A stretch of 64,000 bases of DNA from Octopus sinensis (GCF_006345805.1 NC_043005.1:26288001-26352000), one strand, 5' to 3'. Positions 1 through 12,859 are shown, counted from the stretch's first letter. Numbers and translations are program-made. The notes: generated from the sequence alone by a model not told the origin.

Positions 1-25
1 AGGAATATCACATTGCTTTACACCA

Positions 26-186
26 TTTTCTGCATACATACATACACACATACATACATACATGCATACATACATACATACATACATACATACATACATA
101 CATACATACATACATGCAGACACATACATACATACATACATACATACATGCACATACATACATACATGCATACATACATACATACA

Positions 187-220
<34 letters not shown>

Positions 221-285
221 CATACATACATACATACATACATACATACATACATACATACATACATACATACATACATACATGC
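26..285. repeat. (CATA)n tetranucleotide microsatellite
   Basis: Directly visible; it produces the spurious MYVC/HTYI ORFs. Confidence 0.98.
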
Positions 286-1357
286 TTAACAAGCACTTGT
301 GGAAAAGCTTATTACCGATAAAGACGAAATCTAGACGCTGGTCGAAGAACTCCGCAACCGCAGGCGAATTCTTGAACAAGATTGCATAAATTACAACTTT
401 GCTTCCAACCCACAGGCATTATACAGAGAGATCTATAAGTACTGAACTATAAGTATTGGGATGCCTGTCTATGTAGCAGAGTGGCATCATTCGAAAACTA
501 CTATGCAAGGAAGCGCATTGTGACCAGCAGTGTGTAACAACACTTGGTAGTTTTACTTTTAAGAGAATCTCCTTTCGAAAAAGATCTTAAATTATACAGG
601 ACTAGATCTGGAACGAGAAAAGGGATTCCAACCTTAATGTATCGTGGCTAAATACAGTTAAGGGAGAACAGTATACCAATATTGACAGTAAAACATACAC
701 AGCTAATTGGTAACTTACACTGGAGCTGTAAGCAAACTACATAATGGGAAGACCCCTGGAAGAGATCTAATAGATGGATATTGTTACCAGAGTTTGATAT
801 CTTGTGGAATGTCAGACTGACATAGCACATAGGCTTACTATAGCACGAGCGAATCTTGTAACCACCGAGTTGATAGAGAACTATAGACCCATTGCTTTCC
901 TAAATATTATATGCAAACTATACACAAGCTGCCTCAACCAATTCCTCCAGGATCATTGAGTTTGAGTCCCACAACATTGTGACTGATGAACAGGCAAGTG
1001 GAAAGAAATGAGCGTGAGAATGTACCGAACAGATTTTGATAAAAGGAAACTGTGCTGTCTGAAGTAAGAAAACACTTTGGAAGCCCTGTGTCGCTATGGC
1101 TTGATTACAGGAAAGCATCCGACTTTATTCCCCACTCATAATTGAGGAAATGTCTATATTTAATAAAATCACCTGCTACCTTAATTGCTGCTGTTCAGAG
1201 GCTCACAAAGACCCGGACAAAATTCTCACACTTACAACTGAAAGCGACACGATCGCCTGCGATGTTATAAATATTTCACGGGGAATATTCCAAGGACATA
1301 GTCCCTCTGTACCCCAGTTCATTTTGGCGTTAAGCGCATTAACATTCCTGCTACGAA

Positions 1358-1763
1358 AATCAAATGTTGGAATTAGCACAAGTGCTACAAATGCAGTGTG
1401 AGATGTCTTGTGAGAGGAGAGTTCCGACTGCAATACTTTTCTTGGTCTTGTGTAGTATTCTTGGGTCAGTCTGTCTTTATTCAAAGAACCTTCCAGTGAT
1501 ACATCATTGCTTAAGCATTTTTAGAATTCTTTGTGTGGAACTGGAGGGATACAGAGACTTGTTGCATAGGTTTCGGGTTTAGGGGACTGATTTTCCGCGT
1601 TCAAAAATCAAATACGAACATTTTTTATGGCCAAATTCATTCCTATATCTGATGAATATATTAAATTCAACCCTTTTTTGACATTATATACAATTTTAGC
1701 ACAGATCTCTTGGTCATCCACAAAGAAATTATGGGTTTCATTAATATCTCTTGCAGCTTCAGA
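1358..1763 (-). mobile_element. Internally inverted segment of the same R4/Dong RT (carries the catalytic FVDD motif)
   Basis: The minus strand reads RDINETHNFFVDD...SSDIGM...LTQEYYTRPRKVLQSELS...AFVALVLIPTF. This piece is missing between the plus-strand FLLRKS (~1355) and GNFHRKNNIDR (~1985). Confidence 0.75.
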
Positions 1764-1977
1764 CAACAACAACAACAACAACACAACAACAACAACAACA
1801 ACAACAACAACACCAACAACAACAACATCGAAAAATACCTTAGGAATGAGAACCCAGGTTCGAAATTTCCCCAAAATACCTGATGAAGGTTGGAGGGTAT
1901 ATCATCCGAAAAGTCATGTTAACAACAAACAAGATGAATACAAATATCCGTCAAATGTAAATAATGTAAATAATCTT
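1764..1977 (+). mobile_element. 5'-truncated hammerhead-bearing SINE copy (degenerate ribozyme core) preceded by (CAA)n
   Basis: High similarity to 22112-22281 and 28373-28510 (aaaataccttaggaatgagaacccaggttcgaaatttcccc...ctgatgaagg...). GAAACGTT has changed to GAAAAGTC. Confidence 0.8.
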
Positions 1978-2586
1978 GACATCAATTGGAAACTTCCACA
2001 GAAAAAATAATATCGACAGGATCAACGTATGAAGAGATGAAGGAGGCTTGATATCAGTGCAGAGAGCCATCGAATGTCATATTGTCTCTCTCAGACACAC
2101 CCTGCTAAACAACAGCCGCAAAAATAAATACAGAAACTTAGTGCTGATAATTGAAGAGAACAACTTCCTATGTGTAGGCAGTGAGCTCCTTCAATCTCTT
2201 CTTGACGACCTCCCATACAACCCCAAACATCCGAACTATCATAACTCAAAAAAGATCCGAATGTGAAACGCTCAGCATACCAGAATAAAAACATGCTTGG
2301 ATATGTTTCCCGGAGAGTTGAAGACAGTGATATCGACATGAAGTGCAGCCTCTCTTGGACTCGTGACATCAAGGCTAATGCATTTGGATTCCAAGAACAG
2401 GAGATTGCTACGAAATACCTAATGAACAAAAGAGGGAGTGAAGCCCTTGGAGTTCCAAGACGCAACCGAAAATGTAGCTTATGTTATATTTCAGCGGGAG
2501 ACATCACACATGTAATTAGCCACTGCCCCCCCAAAATGACATAACGGTACTACCTCCGATTGCGACACGACGTTGTCGCTGGAACT

Positions 2587-2954
2587 CATCATCATCATTG
2601 TTCAACCGTGGTCGAGACAATGGAATTTACCATGCTACGCCAGACTTCACGGTCCATCATGGCATTACGGAGGTCCTGTTGCTGGATGCCTGTATCCCTG
2701 GAGATTACATCAGGGTAGGAGAGTGTGCGCCCTCTGGTACTGCGAGTAGATGGTTTCCAGAGGAGAAGAGTAGAAATTACTTCTTTTTCAGCTCTACAAC
2801 AATGTCCAGCAAACTGGACTCTCCTACCTTTCACAAGAGATGACACAGGTGGTAGTTTCCCATATATTTGCATTTTGGTTGGATGGCGCTTCCACGAGAG
2901 ATTTTGAGCTCTCATAAGGAGGCAAGTGTAGGTTCCATCCAACCGCCTCTCAAC
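2587..2954 (-). mobile_element. 5'-truncated RTE-clade LINE 3' end with (TGA)n tail and 10-bp TSD
   Basis: The ORF reads LDGTYTCLLMRAQNLSWKRH...RRVQFAGHCCR...LLLWKP...RGR...DTG...MMDREVWR. The TSD CGCTGGAACT lies at 2577-2586 and 2955-2964. Removing the insert restores the host RHDVVAGTIYNAIRKK. Confidence 0.9.
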
Positions 2955-3349
2955 CGCTGGAACTATATACAATGCTATTCGAAAAAAAAGACCGATTCGG
3001 AAATAAATATAGAGAATCCCACAATTATTGACTACATATACGAACATTATCACAAGGGAAACTGGGGGAAACTCCCTTCGAAACCGCTGTCAAGTGTAAA
3101 CGTAACAGACCAGATATTGCTGTCTGGGACGGACAGGACAAAGTGTATTGTTATAAAGGTTAGCTGCATTGCTGGGGTGAATATCACTTTGAAAGTCAAA
3201 GAGAAAGAGGATGGCTATAGACAACTGCTTCGAAACCTCCAGCTTCGATTTTCAGATTACAATTTTACATTTATACCGATAATATTCAATTGAGGCACTT
3301 GCTTTTGTAATTGTTATATCCTTTAAAATGATGGATTGTTATAACGCCC

Positions 3350-3993
3350 ACTTTGGTATACAGTATACTTATTAAAACCAGTAAAGATACGACTATCTCT
3401 GACTACCTACTACGTACTCTGGTACTTCACGTACTTCTCAATCTTAAACTACAAGGGAAAAGCATCAACGTTCTCCCGCAGCACGATACCATTCGAACTT
3501 ACATGGCCAAATTCGACCTCTGGAAATGTCGAATTCAGCAGAGAAATACAGCCACTTTTAGTTACTTGGATTCTGCTCTCATTCACGGTAACCTCGATTC
3601 TGAGTTAAAGAAACAAATAATCACTCATCTTGGAAACAGAATTCATCAGATACTTCCCAGATGTAACAACTGCAACATGGAATGTGTTTATAAGCCATTT
3701 AAAAACGCACAAAAACCGTTAGATTCACTTCAACATTTAAATTTAATTTGCCAAAATATTTTCGTCGCTTTGAGACCCCGACCTGTTCACTGACAAAACT
3801 CCGTGATTATATATAAAATTATACATATTTTGTTTAATGTGACTACTTTATATTCAATAAAAAGACTAAAAGCATATTTTAGATTTTATTTAAAATCTGG
3901 GAGGGAATTTTATTCATAGATGCAAGGGTGGCGCGTGGAGGGAAGGACAAATTCCTAGAGGAGGCGTGGTAGTAAAAAGGTTAAGAACCACTG
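3350..3993 (+). mobile_element. hAT (Charlie/Buster-like) transposase C-terminal fragment and right end
   Basis: Reads LNLKLQGK...IRTYMAKFDLWKCRIQQRNTATFSYL and ends in aaaaaggttaagaaccactg (CAGTGGTTCTTAAC-type TIR). It carries a short repeat at ~3686-3806 that recurs at ~8210-8320. Confidence 0.7.
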
Positions 3994-4609
3994 GTTCAAA
4001 CTGACGCGTCACGCAAATGATTTTTATTTCTCGAAGAGTCTGTACCTATTGTTCTTTATCAAGAAGGAGTCCATGTAGCCCACACGCTTCTTGGTGTGGA
4101 CACTCCTTGAGATTTTCCAAACGACGCCGGTTAGTCAATGGAGAGGGTTACATAGTTTATCAAAGCATACAGGATGATCTCATCCGACAACATATCTTGC
4201 CTCCACTCCTTTTCCTTTTGTTGAATCACCCCATTTCCTTCGATACTATATTTCACGATAACTCCACATTTAACAAGTAGATCGCAACCTCTCTATACAG
4301 GAAAGATCAAACATACTCATATAACCGTTTGATTGGTGAGGGCGTGCACCAGCCGACTGAGTCATGGCTACTGTTGGGTGGCGTTGTAAATAAAAAATCC
4401 AACAATCTTTCAGTCAGTCTCATTGCTGGAAATGTACCGACCTGTCTTACACCGTTTGACCTGCATCAATCCTTCCATCATAGAACTCTTTGGCTGTAGT
4501 AAAGGTAGCCCTGTCATCAATAGATATAAGTAGATGGATGGCCAACTGGTCCTTGGACTTTTTTTTATATAAGCGTCGTTGGGAATTTAGAGACCAAAAT
4601 TATCATATT

Positions 4610-4857
4610 CTCTTTCTCTTTTACTTGTTTCAGTCAATTGACTGTGGCCATGCTGGAGCACCGCCTTTAATCGAGCAACTCGACTCCGGGATTTATTCTT
4701 TTTGTAAGCCCAGTACTTACTCTATCGGTCTCTTTTGCCGAACCGCGAAGAAACGGGGACAAAAACACACCAGCATCGGTTGTCAAGCAATGCTAGGGGG
4801 ACAAACACAGACACAGAAACACACACACGCATATATATATATATATAATATATATAT

Positions 4858-4889
<32 letters not shown>

Positions 4890-5070
4890 ATATATATATA
4901 CACATATATACGACGGGCTTCTTTCAGTTTCCGTCTACCAAATCCACTCACTTTGGCCAGCCCGAGGCTATAGTAGAAGACACTTGCCCAAGGTGCCACG
5001 CAGTGGGACTGAACCCAGAACCATGTCGTTGGTAAACAAGCTACTTACCACACATCCACTCCTGCGCTAT
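4610..5070 (-). mobile_element. tRNA-derived SINE family A (most abundant family)
   Basis: Head ggcgcaggagtggctgtgtggtaagtagcttg...ggttcagtcccactgcgtggcaccttgggcaag, an internal (TA/TG)n, and tail ...ggcggtgctccagcatggccacagtcaa...gaaacaagtaaaag. There are more than 12 copies in the window. Confidence 0.9.
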
Positions 5071-5882
5071 GTTGGTTTACTATTTAATGTTTCTGTAAAT
5101 ATAAATATAATTCATTCAACACAACGATTTAATTAGTTTAGGGAGAAACTCTGTGTTCTCTTAATGTCATATAAGTCGCAGCAGAGTACGATAGCTATTG
5201 TGTTTTGGCCTGGACTACATTGGCTGAACGCATTTTTTTTTTAGTCGAAATGCGCATCATAAATCTCAGCTATTCTTCCGAATTTGGATCCACTGTAATC
5301 GCAATAAATACTCGTTGTTAGGAATTAAAAACACAGCGGAAGCATTCTGAAGTGAATGAAGTCAACGCCACGTTTCTTTTAAAACTGAATCTGTTGTAAA
5401 TTATATTAGACGTTCCCTCTTGTTAAGAAGGATTTTGCTACGTACGAGTGTGTTATTTGGTTTTGAAACTGCTGCATCTTTACCATAAGTCCTCCTGCTC
5501 ACTTTGTGTATTTATGTCTCTCTTCAATTTTGTCTCACAATCAATCTTTCTAATCACTTATTTGAGAGAGAGAGATAAAGAGTGAAGAAACTTACAGATA
5601 AAGAAAAGCAAAGAGTTGCACGTCACACAAACGTATCCTTTAACTCTCCCCCTCTCCACTGTCTCTCTCTCTTACCCTGTATACATGTGTGTGTGTGTGG
5701 CTATTCCACGTGCCTTTCATTCTCTGTCTACTCCACTTTTCTAGGGAAAGAGTGACAAAGAAACAAGTTTACCAATTCAACATTCTGCTTTTCTACACTT
5801 CTTTGTTGACTGTCAGAAAGGTATGGTTTAAGAGAAATTTGGCAGCTATTTTTCAGAAAAAATGCAGCATAAATGTGTGGGC

Positions 5883-5923
<41 letters not shown>

Positions 5924-5932
<9 letters not shown>

Positions 5933-6051
5933 GAAGGAGCTTCTACAGGACTAGAACTGTTTCATTCAAAAGAAATCATCAGGAAGAGCTTCCTGATGAT
6001 TTCTTTTGAATGAAACAGTTCTAGTCCTGTAGAAGCTCCTTCTATATAATA
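5924..6051. repeat. Palindrome with 63-bp perfect arms and a 2-nt spacer, containing a hammerhead-like core
   Basis: Arms are exact reverse complements around 5987-5988. CTGATGA at 5993-5999 is followed by TTTCTTTTGAAT GAAACAGTT. Confidence 0.9.
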
Positions 6052-6335
6052 AATTAATTTACTCTGCTATGTATTGAGTACCTTATTTACTGTGGTTAAC
6101 CCCGACTCAACCCGGGACCTACATATATATATATATATATATATATATACATTACAGATATAGGGTGAAATATAATTAATTTAATAAAATCAACAAATTT
6201 CACCTAGTAGTATTTCGGTATGGAAAAGGACCATATTCGGTAAAAACTTATATAATTATAACAATAAGGGTTTTTGCAACAAAATTTTCGCTATGTGGTT
6301 AAGTAACTTGTTGCAAAAACCCATATTGTTATAAT

Positions 6336-6393
<58 letters not shown>

Positions 6394-6573
6394 GATGTGG
6401 ATTTATCGATGTGAAGATATACTGAGGATAGTAAAATAAACTTATCTGGAGTTTTTCTATACTCACAAAGGTGAGCCAGTATTATTAACTAGTAAAAGTG
6501 AATACGCTCCCCGCTAGGATTGTATGTCCCTACCAACCAAATTTAGAAACTTACCTTTAATAACACTCGTATA

Positions 6574-7365
6574 TCTATATATATAAAACAGAGATTCTCT
6601 CCGTTTGTGTGTTTGTTTGTCCCATAAAATTAAAGTAAATGGTTCGAGGAAGGCAATACTAATCGTGCACAAACTTATGACGAATATTCTCACTGGTTGT
6701 GGTAAACGTGACGCCATCTTCGTTCCTCGCATACCAGTTGTATTATCTACTGTCCCATTTAAACCCTTACAATTTCCTAACCCATTTTCTTTTGCCATGA
6801 GCATTAATAGAAGTCAGGGCCAAACTCTAAAAGTTGTTGGATTGCAGCTTGAAGAATAAACAGAAGTTCGTACCTGAAATCCATCTCTTTTCTACTTTAA
6901 TTATTACATGTTTTTCTCTTATATAATACACACATACAGGACAAGTAAATACAGGACAACTAAATCTGATAGACAAGACACTGTTTGTAATTTCATTGGA
7001 CTATTATTAACTGTTGCCTTGCCTTCCATTCCTGTAATTTAGCGTCAGAACTTCAGCACTAATACTGATATGACACAGCATTTGTAATTTCATTTCACTA
7101 TTACTTACTGATATTCCTAATCAAAGAAAAATCTACTAAAAAAGAAAAAGACCGTCAATATACGAACACCAAACAAACGCACGACGTGCCATGCTTTTTC
7201 TATATGTACAGTGATGTTCCACTTAACCTGCAGCCTTTTCAGTGCCATCGCAGTCAACTGGATTCCGTAAAGCTATTCTTCTATATGATATACCCATTTT
7301 TCTAGCTTCTCGGCCCGAGAAACAATAAAAGTAATTACCAGACCAACGACGGGTATTACTGCTAG
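6574..7365 (+). mobile_element. Non-autonomous Helitron carrying a RepHel (PIF1 helicase) C-terminal fragment
   Basis: Starts A|TCTATATATATAAAA and ends CTAG|T. The ORF reads IFVPRIPVVLSTVPFKPLQFPNPFSFAMSINRSQGQTLKVVGLQL (helicase motif FAMTINKSQGQ). Confidence 0.85.
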
Positions 7366-7755
7366 TATAAGGAAGGCGTGTTCTTGTTTATCTCCTGTCC
7401 TAGCTTGATTTACGCGTTTGTCACCACAGCCTCATTTAGGCTTAGCAGCCCTTCCTGCTTGTTTTCACTGTCCTGTTTGCGCTACCTATTGTAACCCTCT
7501 GCAAAAATCCTAAATGTTATTTAATTTGCTTTGCAGGAGCAACTGTTTTATCGAAAGCGTTTATTGTTGTTAAATGCTCGAAATACGAGAGTAGAAAAAC
7601 AGCCAACAACTGATGAAGGGTCGTTCTTTATGCTGTTTGTCTTATTTTCCATTTGTGTCTTTCGTTGTTCGAAAGAATAGTTCATGTTCCATGTACTCGT
7701 GCTTCGTACATTTTTGTTGTACTCGCTTCATGACGTCCTGTGCCCATATATGCAT

Positions 7756-7790
<35 letters not shown>

Positions 7791-7879
7791 ATATTTATAT
7801 ACATACATACACACACACACTCATATATATATATATATATACGTATAAATGTAAGTATGTACATATACGTATGTATATA

Positions 7880-7978
<99 letters not shown>

Positions 7979-8081
7979 TAGTTAATCCAAACATGAAAAC
8001 ACAAAGAGAAAACACAACAACGCGAGGACGTGGAACAAGTATAGTGTTATTGGACGCTCGAGAAAGAAGGAAAGAAGGAGG

Positions 8082-8116
8082 GTTTAACGTTTCGAGCGGA
8101 GCTCTTCGTCAGAATC
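8082..8116 (-). ncRNA. Minimal type I hammerhead ribozyme motif in a Penelope-like repeat
   Basis: The minus strand reads GATT CTGACGA A GAGC TCC GCTC GAAACGTT AAAC: intact core, 4-bp stem II, palindromic stem III, one mismatch in stem I. Confidence 0.65.
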
Positions 8117-8464
8117 ATAGGAAAAGGAAAGATCCAAAGAAGGGAAGACGGAGGGGAAAAAAATCGCCAATGGTACACACGCGGTCTCAAAACAATTGCA
8201 GCGCGGAAGATGTTTATAAGCCTTTTAAGAAACACAAAAACATTTAAATTTAATTTGCCAAAATATTTTCGTCGCATTGAGACCACGACCTGTTCACTGA
8301 CAAAATTCCGTGCTGGCTTATAAACACCTTCCATGCTGCAATTGTTTTCATTCCAGCACGCGATCTCAGATCAGGTCACTTGCTATGCAAGTACATCTCC
8401 GTAACCATATATATGTGTGTGTGTGTATATATATATATTTTTATTTTATCGCAATTGATTTGTT

Positions 8465-8496
<32 letters not shown>

Positions 8497-8665
8497 ATAT
8501 ACATACATACACACACATACATATGCACATGCATACCTATATGTATATATAATATTGACAAGAATAAAGAGTATGGAGACTTGTACATCCTCAAAATTTA
8601 TCTTATAGTTATATACAGCATATTCTAATGACCACTGATGCAAAAGCAACCTTGCATTATTGTCA

Positions 8666-8697
<32 letters not shown>

Positions 8698-8707
8698 TAT
8701 ATATATA

Positions 8708-8751
<44 letters not shown>

Positions 8752-9929
8752 ATATATATACACACAAATATACACACAAACATACAAATATGTGTGTGTG
8801 TCAATAAATATACCTATACATTGTTGACATCATAGGAATTTATAAATTTTGAGAAAATCTGGAATAATTCTCTTTTGGAATGGTGGATTTTGAAGCAGCA
8901 GAAGCTGTAAGAAGTAATACTGAACAAATATAGGGCTAAAAATTCTCTGGACAGAAAATGTCAAAGGTTGCTCCAAGATCCAGTGTTTCCAAAATTACAC
9001 AAACAGACACACATGCACATAATGGACACATAAAAAAAAAATTTAAAAAAAAAAAAACTTTTTTCAGGATTATAATTATTTTTATTTCATGAATAAATTT
9101 TTTCAATATTTTTTTTATACTTTTTCATCATTTATGAAATCCATATTACAAAGTCCAAAAATGTTAATTAAATTCTTTCTCAATATCAAGTATCATACAA
9201 AGTAACACAATCCACTAACACAAAGTACTTTTTTTTTATATTTTGATTAGTTTCTTTTTGAGTTTTTTTTTTTTTTATCGTATAACTATTTTCTTTCCTT
9301 TTTTTATTTTTAAATATTTTTTCCATGCTTGCATGGGTTATACTGTTTAGCAAATTTAAATATTTGCATGAGCGGAGAGCAGATTTCATTTTTTTTTTTT
9401 TTCTTTCTGTTTTGTACAGCTGGAATCTTTAATTGTCATTTACTTCCTGATGCTAACCACTTTTCTGTGATCAAGATTATGTTAATACATACTTTCATCC
9501 ACCCACCCCTCTTAATTAGTTAACAAAGGGTTTAAGCCAAATGCAAACACAGTAGAATCTGTACAATTTGGCATTTCAGGGTCCCAAATATATGTTAGTT
9601 ATTTCAAAATATCATTTTATATGTGACAGATTTAAAACTATACTTTTCTGTAAAATGCTTAACATTGCGGGCCTTGGCATCCAGTTGAAAAGGAATCAAT
9701 TTTTTTATTATGTTTATTCTTATTAATATTATTATAGTTGTTGTATTTGTGGTTCCTTTTGTACTTGCCATTTTAGAGGGCCAGATTCAAACTGTGTCCG
9801 AGGTGCCAAAGAGATGTTACTACCTTGACAAAACATTCTCCATAGCATATGACCTACAACAAATAGTATGATCTTCTGGACAGCATAAATACTAATGTTG
9901 TTACTATTATTATTATTATTATTCTCCCT

Positions 9930-10320
9930 CCTTTCCTCTTCTTCCTTTCATTTTTTGATGTAACTCCCCCTACCCACAGAAATTGTAAACTCTCATTGGA
10001 CCTACTCTAAGCATGCACTTATAGATTGGAGAGCAAAAGTTGGGTGAGGGTTTGAGTCCTTAGTGGTCAGAGTGACCCTTAATCTGTAGGGTTCCTTGAT
10101 TGGTCTTAGTTCGAGGTTCTCCTGTGTCTAAAGGACAACATCATAGATGTGTTCACATACTTTCTACACTAAGTAAACTTTTTAATCTCATTTATCCCTT
10201 CTTCTCCTTTTCTCCCCATCACTTTTTATGTAAACCCCACAAAATCTGTATACTGTCCTTGTCATGATTTTCTCAGTTGATGCCCTTGTGGCAAATAAAG
10301 TTATTATTATCATTATTATT
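9930..10320 (+). mobile_element. Probable L1/Tx1-like 3' UTR fragment with (TTA)n tail
   Basis: Ends ccttgtggcaaataaag(tta)n. Related reverse-complement ends occur at ~21885-21970 and ~52982-53035. Confidence 0.4.
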
Positions 10321-10329
10321 GTAAAATAT

Positions 10330-10835
10330 AATGTGTCTTGAATGGCACAACAATGCAGAGTGGTCTATAATAATTGTTATAATTAAATTATCCATAGTCT
10401 TATATAATAATATTTTGGAATATAGAAATTCCCTCTTCAGATATCTCTAGGAATTGATCAAGTCACTACAATAATCGGCTTTCCAACGGTTACTGAAATT
10501 TTTTTCATCTCTCGGAAGCATCTCTGAGGTAGTCTCATGAAGCTCCTTTCGGAATTCCTCATGAGAAGTGTGTGAGGATGACCATGTCACAAACTCGTGT
10601 GTGTTGGCACATCCATAGCATTGCTTCTAAGTTATGTATTATACATGCAGTTTCTTTCATTTTAAATATATAATACATGAGCATGTTATCAAAAATGAAC
10701 CTACACGCATCCAGATGTAGCTAAATAATATACTGATTGCCAACCTTCAGCCTGTTGTTAATTTGGGGCCCCAGTCCGTCTATGAGGATAGCTTCCTTAA
10801 TTCTTAGATTACCCAAATTTCTTTCACTGGCCGAT
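10330..10835 (-). mobile_element. Penelope-like element 3' end: GIY-YIG endonuclease C-terminus followed by a pLTR with a degenerate hammerhead
   Basis: The minus strand reads ASERNLGNLRIKEAILIDGLGPQINNR. Further downstream is CTGAAGA G GGAAT TTCTAT ATTCC AAAATATT (G12 changed to A) at ~10408-10444. Confidence 0.65.
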
Positions 10836-11294
10836 TATTATTATTATCATTATTATTATTATTATTATTACTATTATTATTATTATTATTTACATATGTT
10901 TCCTCTAATATAGACATATGAGTGATTTGATTTTAGTTCAGCCAATGGTAGAGTCTGCGTGAAAGAAACAGGAAGATGACCCTCAATGTATTGCTGCCGT
11001 TCATTTTAGTGAATGGGAAGAGAAGGAAAAAAGCATTGTGTGACTGTTGTGGGAGTGAACTAGATGATCCTAGCTGAGAACTGTGAAGTAGTGGACTTCA
11101 TTCATTTCTTTCTCAGTTGATATATATATATGGCACAAGGGTTAAGGTGATTATTTGACCGTTTATGCTCAGTGGTATCCATCATAGGATTGCCATTGGC
11201 CTATAGCGTTCTAGATGGAATCCTGTGCACTGTGGTGGGTTGAGGGGTAGCTACCAACAGGAATTGAACTCGGAACTGCAAGCCAAACTTTTGT

Positions 11295-11545
11295 TACTCC
11301 ACTTTTTCAATGTTAACCCACAACTTTTACGTTACCCTTCTTTTCAATGTTAAACCCACCCCAACCATCACGTGTTACTCCACAGTACTCTGTGACCCTA
11401 ATTTTCGATGTTAGCCCAGTTCTATGTTGCCTCAGTTACCCTACTTTTCAATGCTGACCCAACTTTTCACTGATAACCCACAGATCTATGTTTACCAACA
11501 CTTTTCAATGTCAACCCTCCAACAATTCTGTTACCCCAGTTTTCA
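11295..11545. repeat. Degenerate minisatellite built on TTTTCAATGTTAACCC
   Basis: The motif recurs about 5 times at irregular 40-60 bp spacing. Confidence 0.55.
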
Positions 11546-12374
11546 CTCACTTTTCTCAGTTTGCCCCTTCCTAGAATGTTTCCCCACCTCTCATCAGTAA
11601 TCTGCACTGTAATCCTAGGTTAATTAAACTGCTCTCTAATGCTTTAAGGGTGGTTGAGGGATGGATGCTGATACTTGATAGGAAAATATACACGCAATGA
11701 AATTATGAAAGTGGTGGTGGTGGTGGTGAAGGTGGCAGTGGTCTGGGTGGGAGACAAGCCTCTCTATATACAGCTAAGAATGCCTGTAACTGGCAGATGA
11801 AGGGAAATAGTGCAGAGTTGCCTTTAAAAAAAAGTAAGCTTTGTGGGTGATATGCCTTTGCCTTTTGGCTCCCAGATAGCTATTATATATGATAAAAAAA
11901 AGAAGAAAAAGACAAAATAACTGGTATTTGCATCCTTGACCATTTAGGTTTATACTGGCCATGAGACTTTGGATAGGCCAAGGGTTATCAAACAAAATTA
12001 AGCATGGACTAATGAAAACAAGGGGCCAATATTGAGGACCAAAACAGTGCTCTTGCAGCATTCCTTCTCAAGCCTTCTGTCCTTTGAGAAAATCCCTAGA
12101 ATCAGTCCCTGAGAAGAGGTCAAAATAGTGCCACATGGTGCAAGAGTGCTCCAGCAACATTAAACGCTGGCTGTCTGAAGGAAGACCTGAACACAGAACT
12201 CTGGAGATCACAATGGAATCATATTCTTCCCTCCTCTTTCTGTATTTTATACACACACACTCCCCCCACGTTCCTCCTTCCCTCTCTCTCTCTCTCTCTC
12301 TCTATCGGTGATCATGTAGTTGTGACAGCCAGGTCATCTAGTACACAATAATAAATCATATATAATTCTTTCAG

Positions 12375-12859
12375 AACCCTCTTCCAGGAAGACAATCTGG
12401 CTAATTGTTTAGGTAGGGCCCATCCTAACTGAAGTAAATTACCATTTGCTTTCATCTTCCCCACCTCTCTCTAACCCTCTTTCTCCACACATACACACAC
12501 ACAAATAGCCAAGTATGATTCATATATATACATACATACATATATATAATCATTGTTTAACGTCCATTTTCCATGCTGGCATGGATTGGACAGTTTGACA
12601 AGAGCTGGCCAGCTCCTATATATACATATGTATGTATATATATATACACACACACACACTTATACACTCTGAGACAATATCATTATTCTTTGGAGCTGAG
12701 AAATCCAACATGGCAGGCTACTCAAGATTTTTACATCCTTTCCATGTAGGTTATTTTATTTCATTTTATTTTAAGCCTGAGAGGGAGTGCTTATAAACAT
12801 CCATTGATGTTCTTGTTTTTCCAGCTGTATATGATCTTCCCACTGATAGCTATTCTCCT
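12375..12859 (+). other. Candidate pair of small plus-strand exons (12375-12412, 12825-12859) of an unidentified gene
   Basis: Splice sites ttctttcag|...TTAG|gtaggg and tcttgtttttccag|...CCT|gtaagt are phase compatible, giving TLFQEDNLANCLAVYDLPTDSYSP. No homology recognised. Confidence 0.2.

Larger units (their letters stand above)
290..3320 (+). mobile_element. Decayed R4/Dong-clade non-LTR retrotransposon (RT, CCHC knuckle, restriction-like endonuclease), interrupted by nested insertions
   Basis: Frameshifted translations give ENYRPIAFLNIICKLYTSCLNQFLQDH, WLDYRKASDFIPHS, RGIFQGHSPSVPQFILAL, KCSLCYISAGDITHVISHCP, RHDVVAG, NRPDIAVWD and CIVIKVSC...KVKEKEDGYRQL. These match RT and RLE motifs typical of the R4/Dong clade. 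Many stops and frameshifts. Confidence 0.85.

Noticed and set aside
8-389. Overlapping MYVC/HTYI ORFs
   Set aside because: They are translations of the (CATA)n microsatellite.
4000-4600. Unique-looking segment with short ORFs
   Set aside because: No recognisable motif in six frames; probably an old TE fragment and left unannotated.
9410-9870. Possible plus-strand exons (LPDANHFSVIK; FKLCPRCQRDVTT; EGQIQTVSEVPKRCYY)
   Set aside because: Short resemblances to hydrolase or LITAF motifs end in stops, and I could not chain them consistently.
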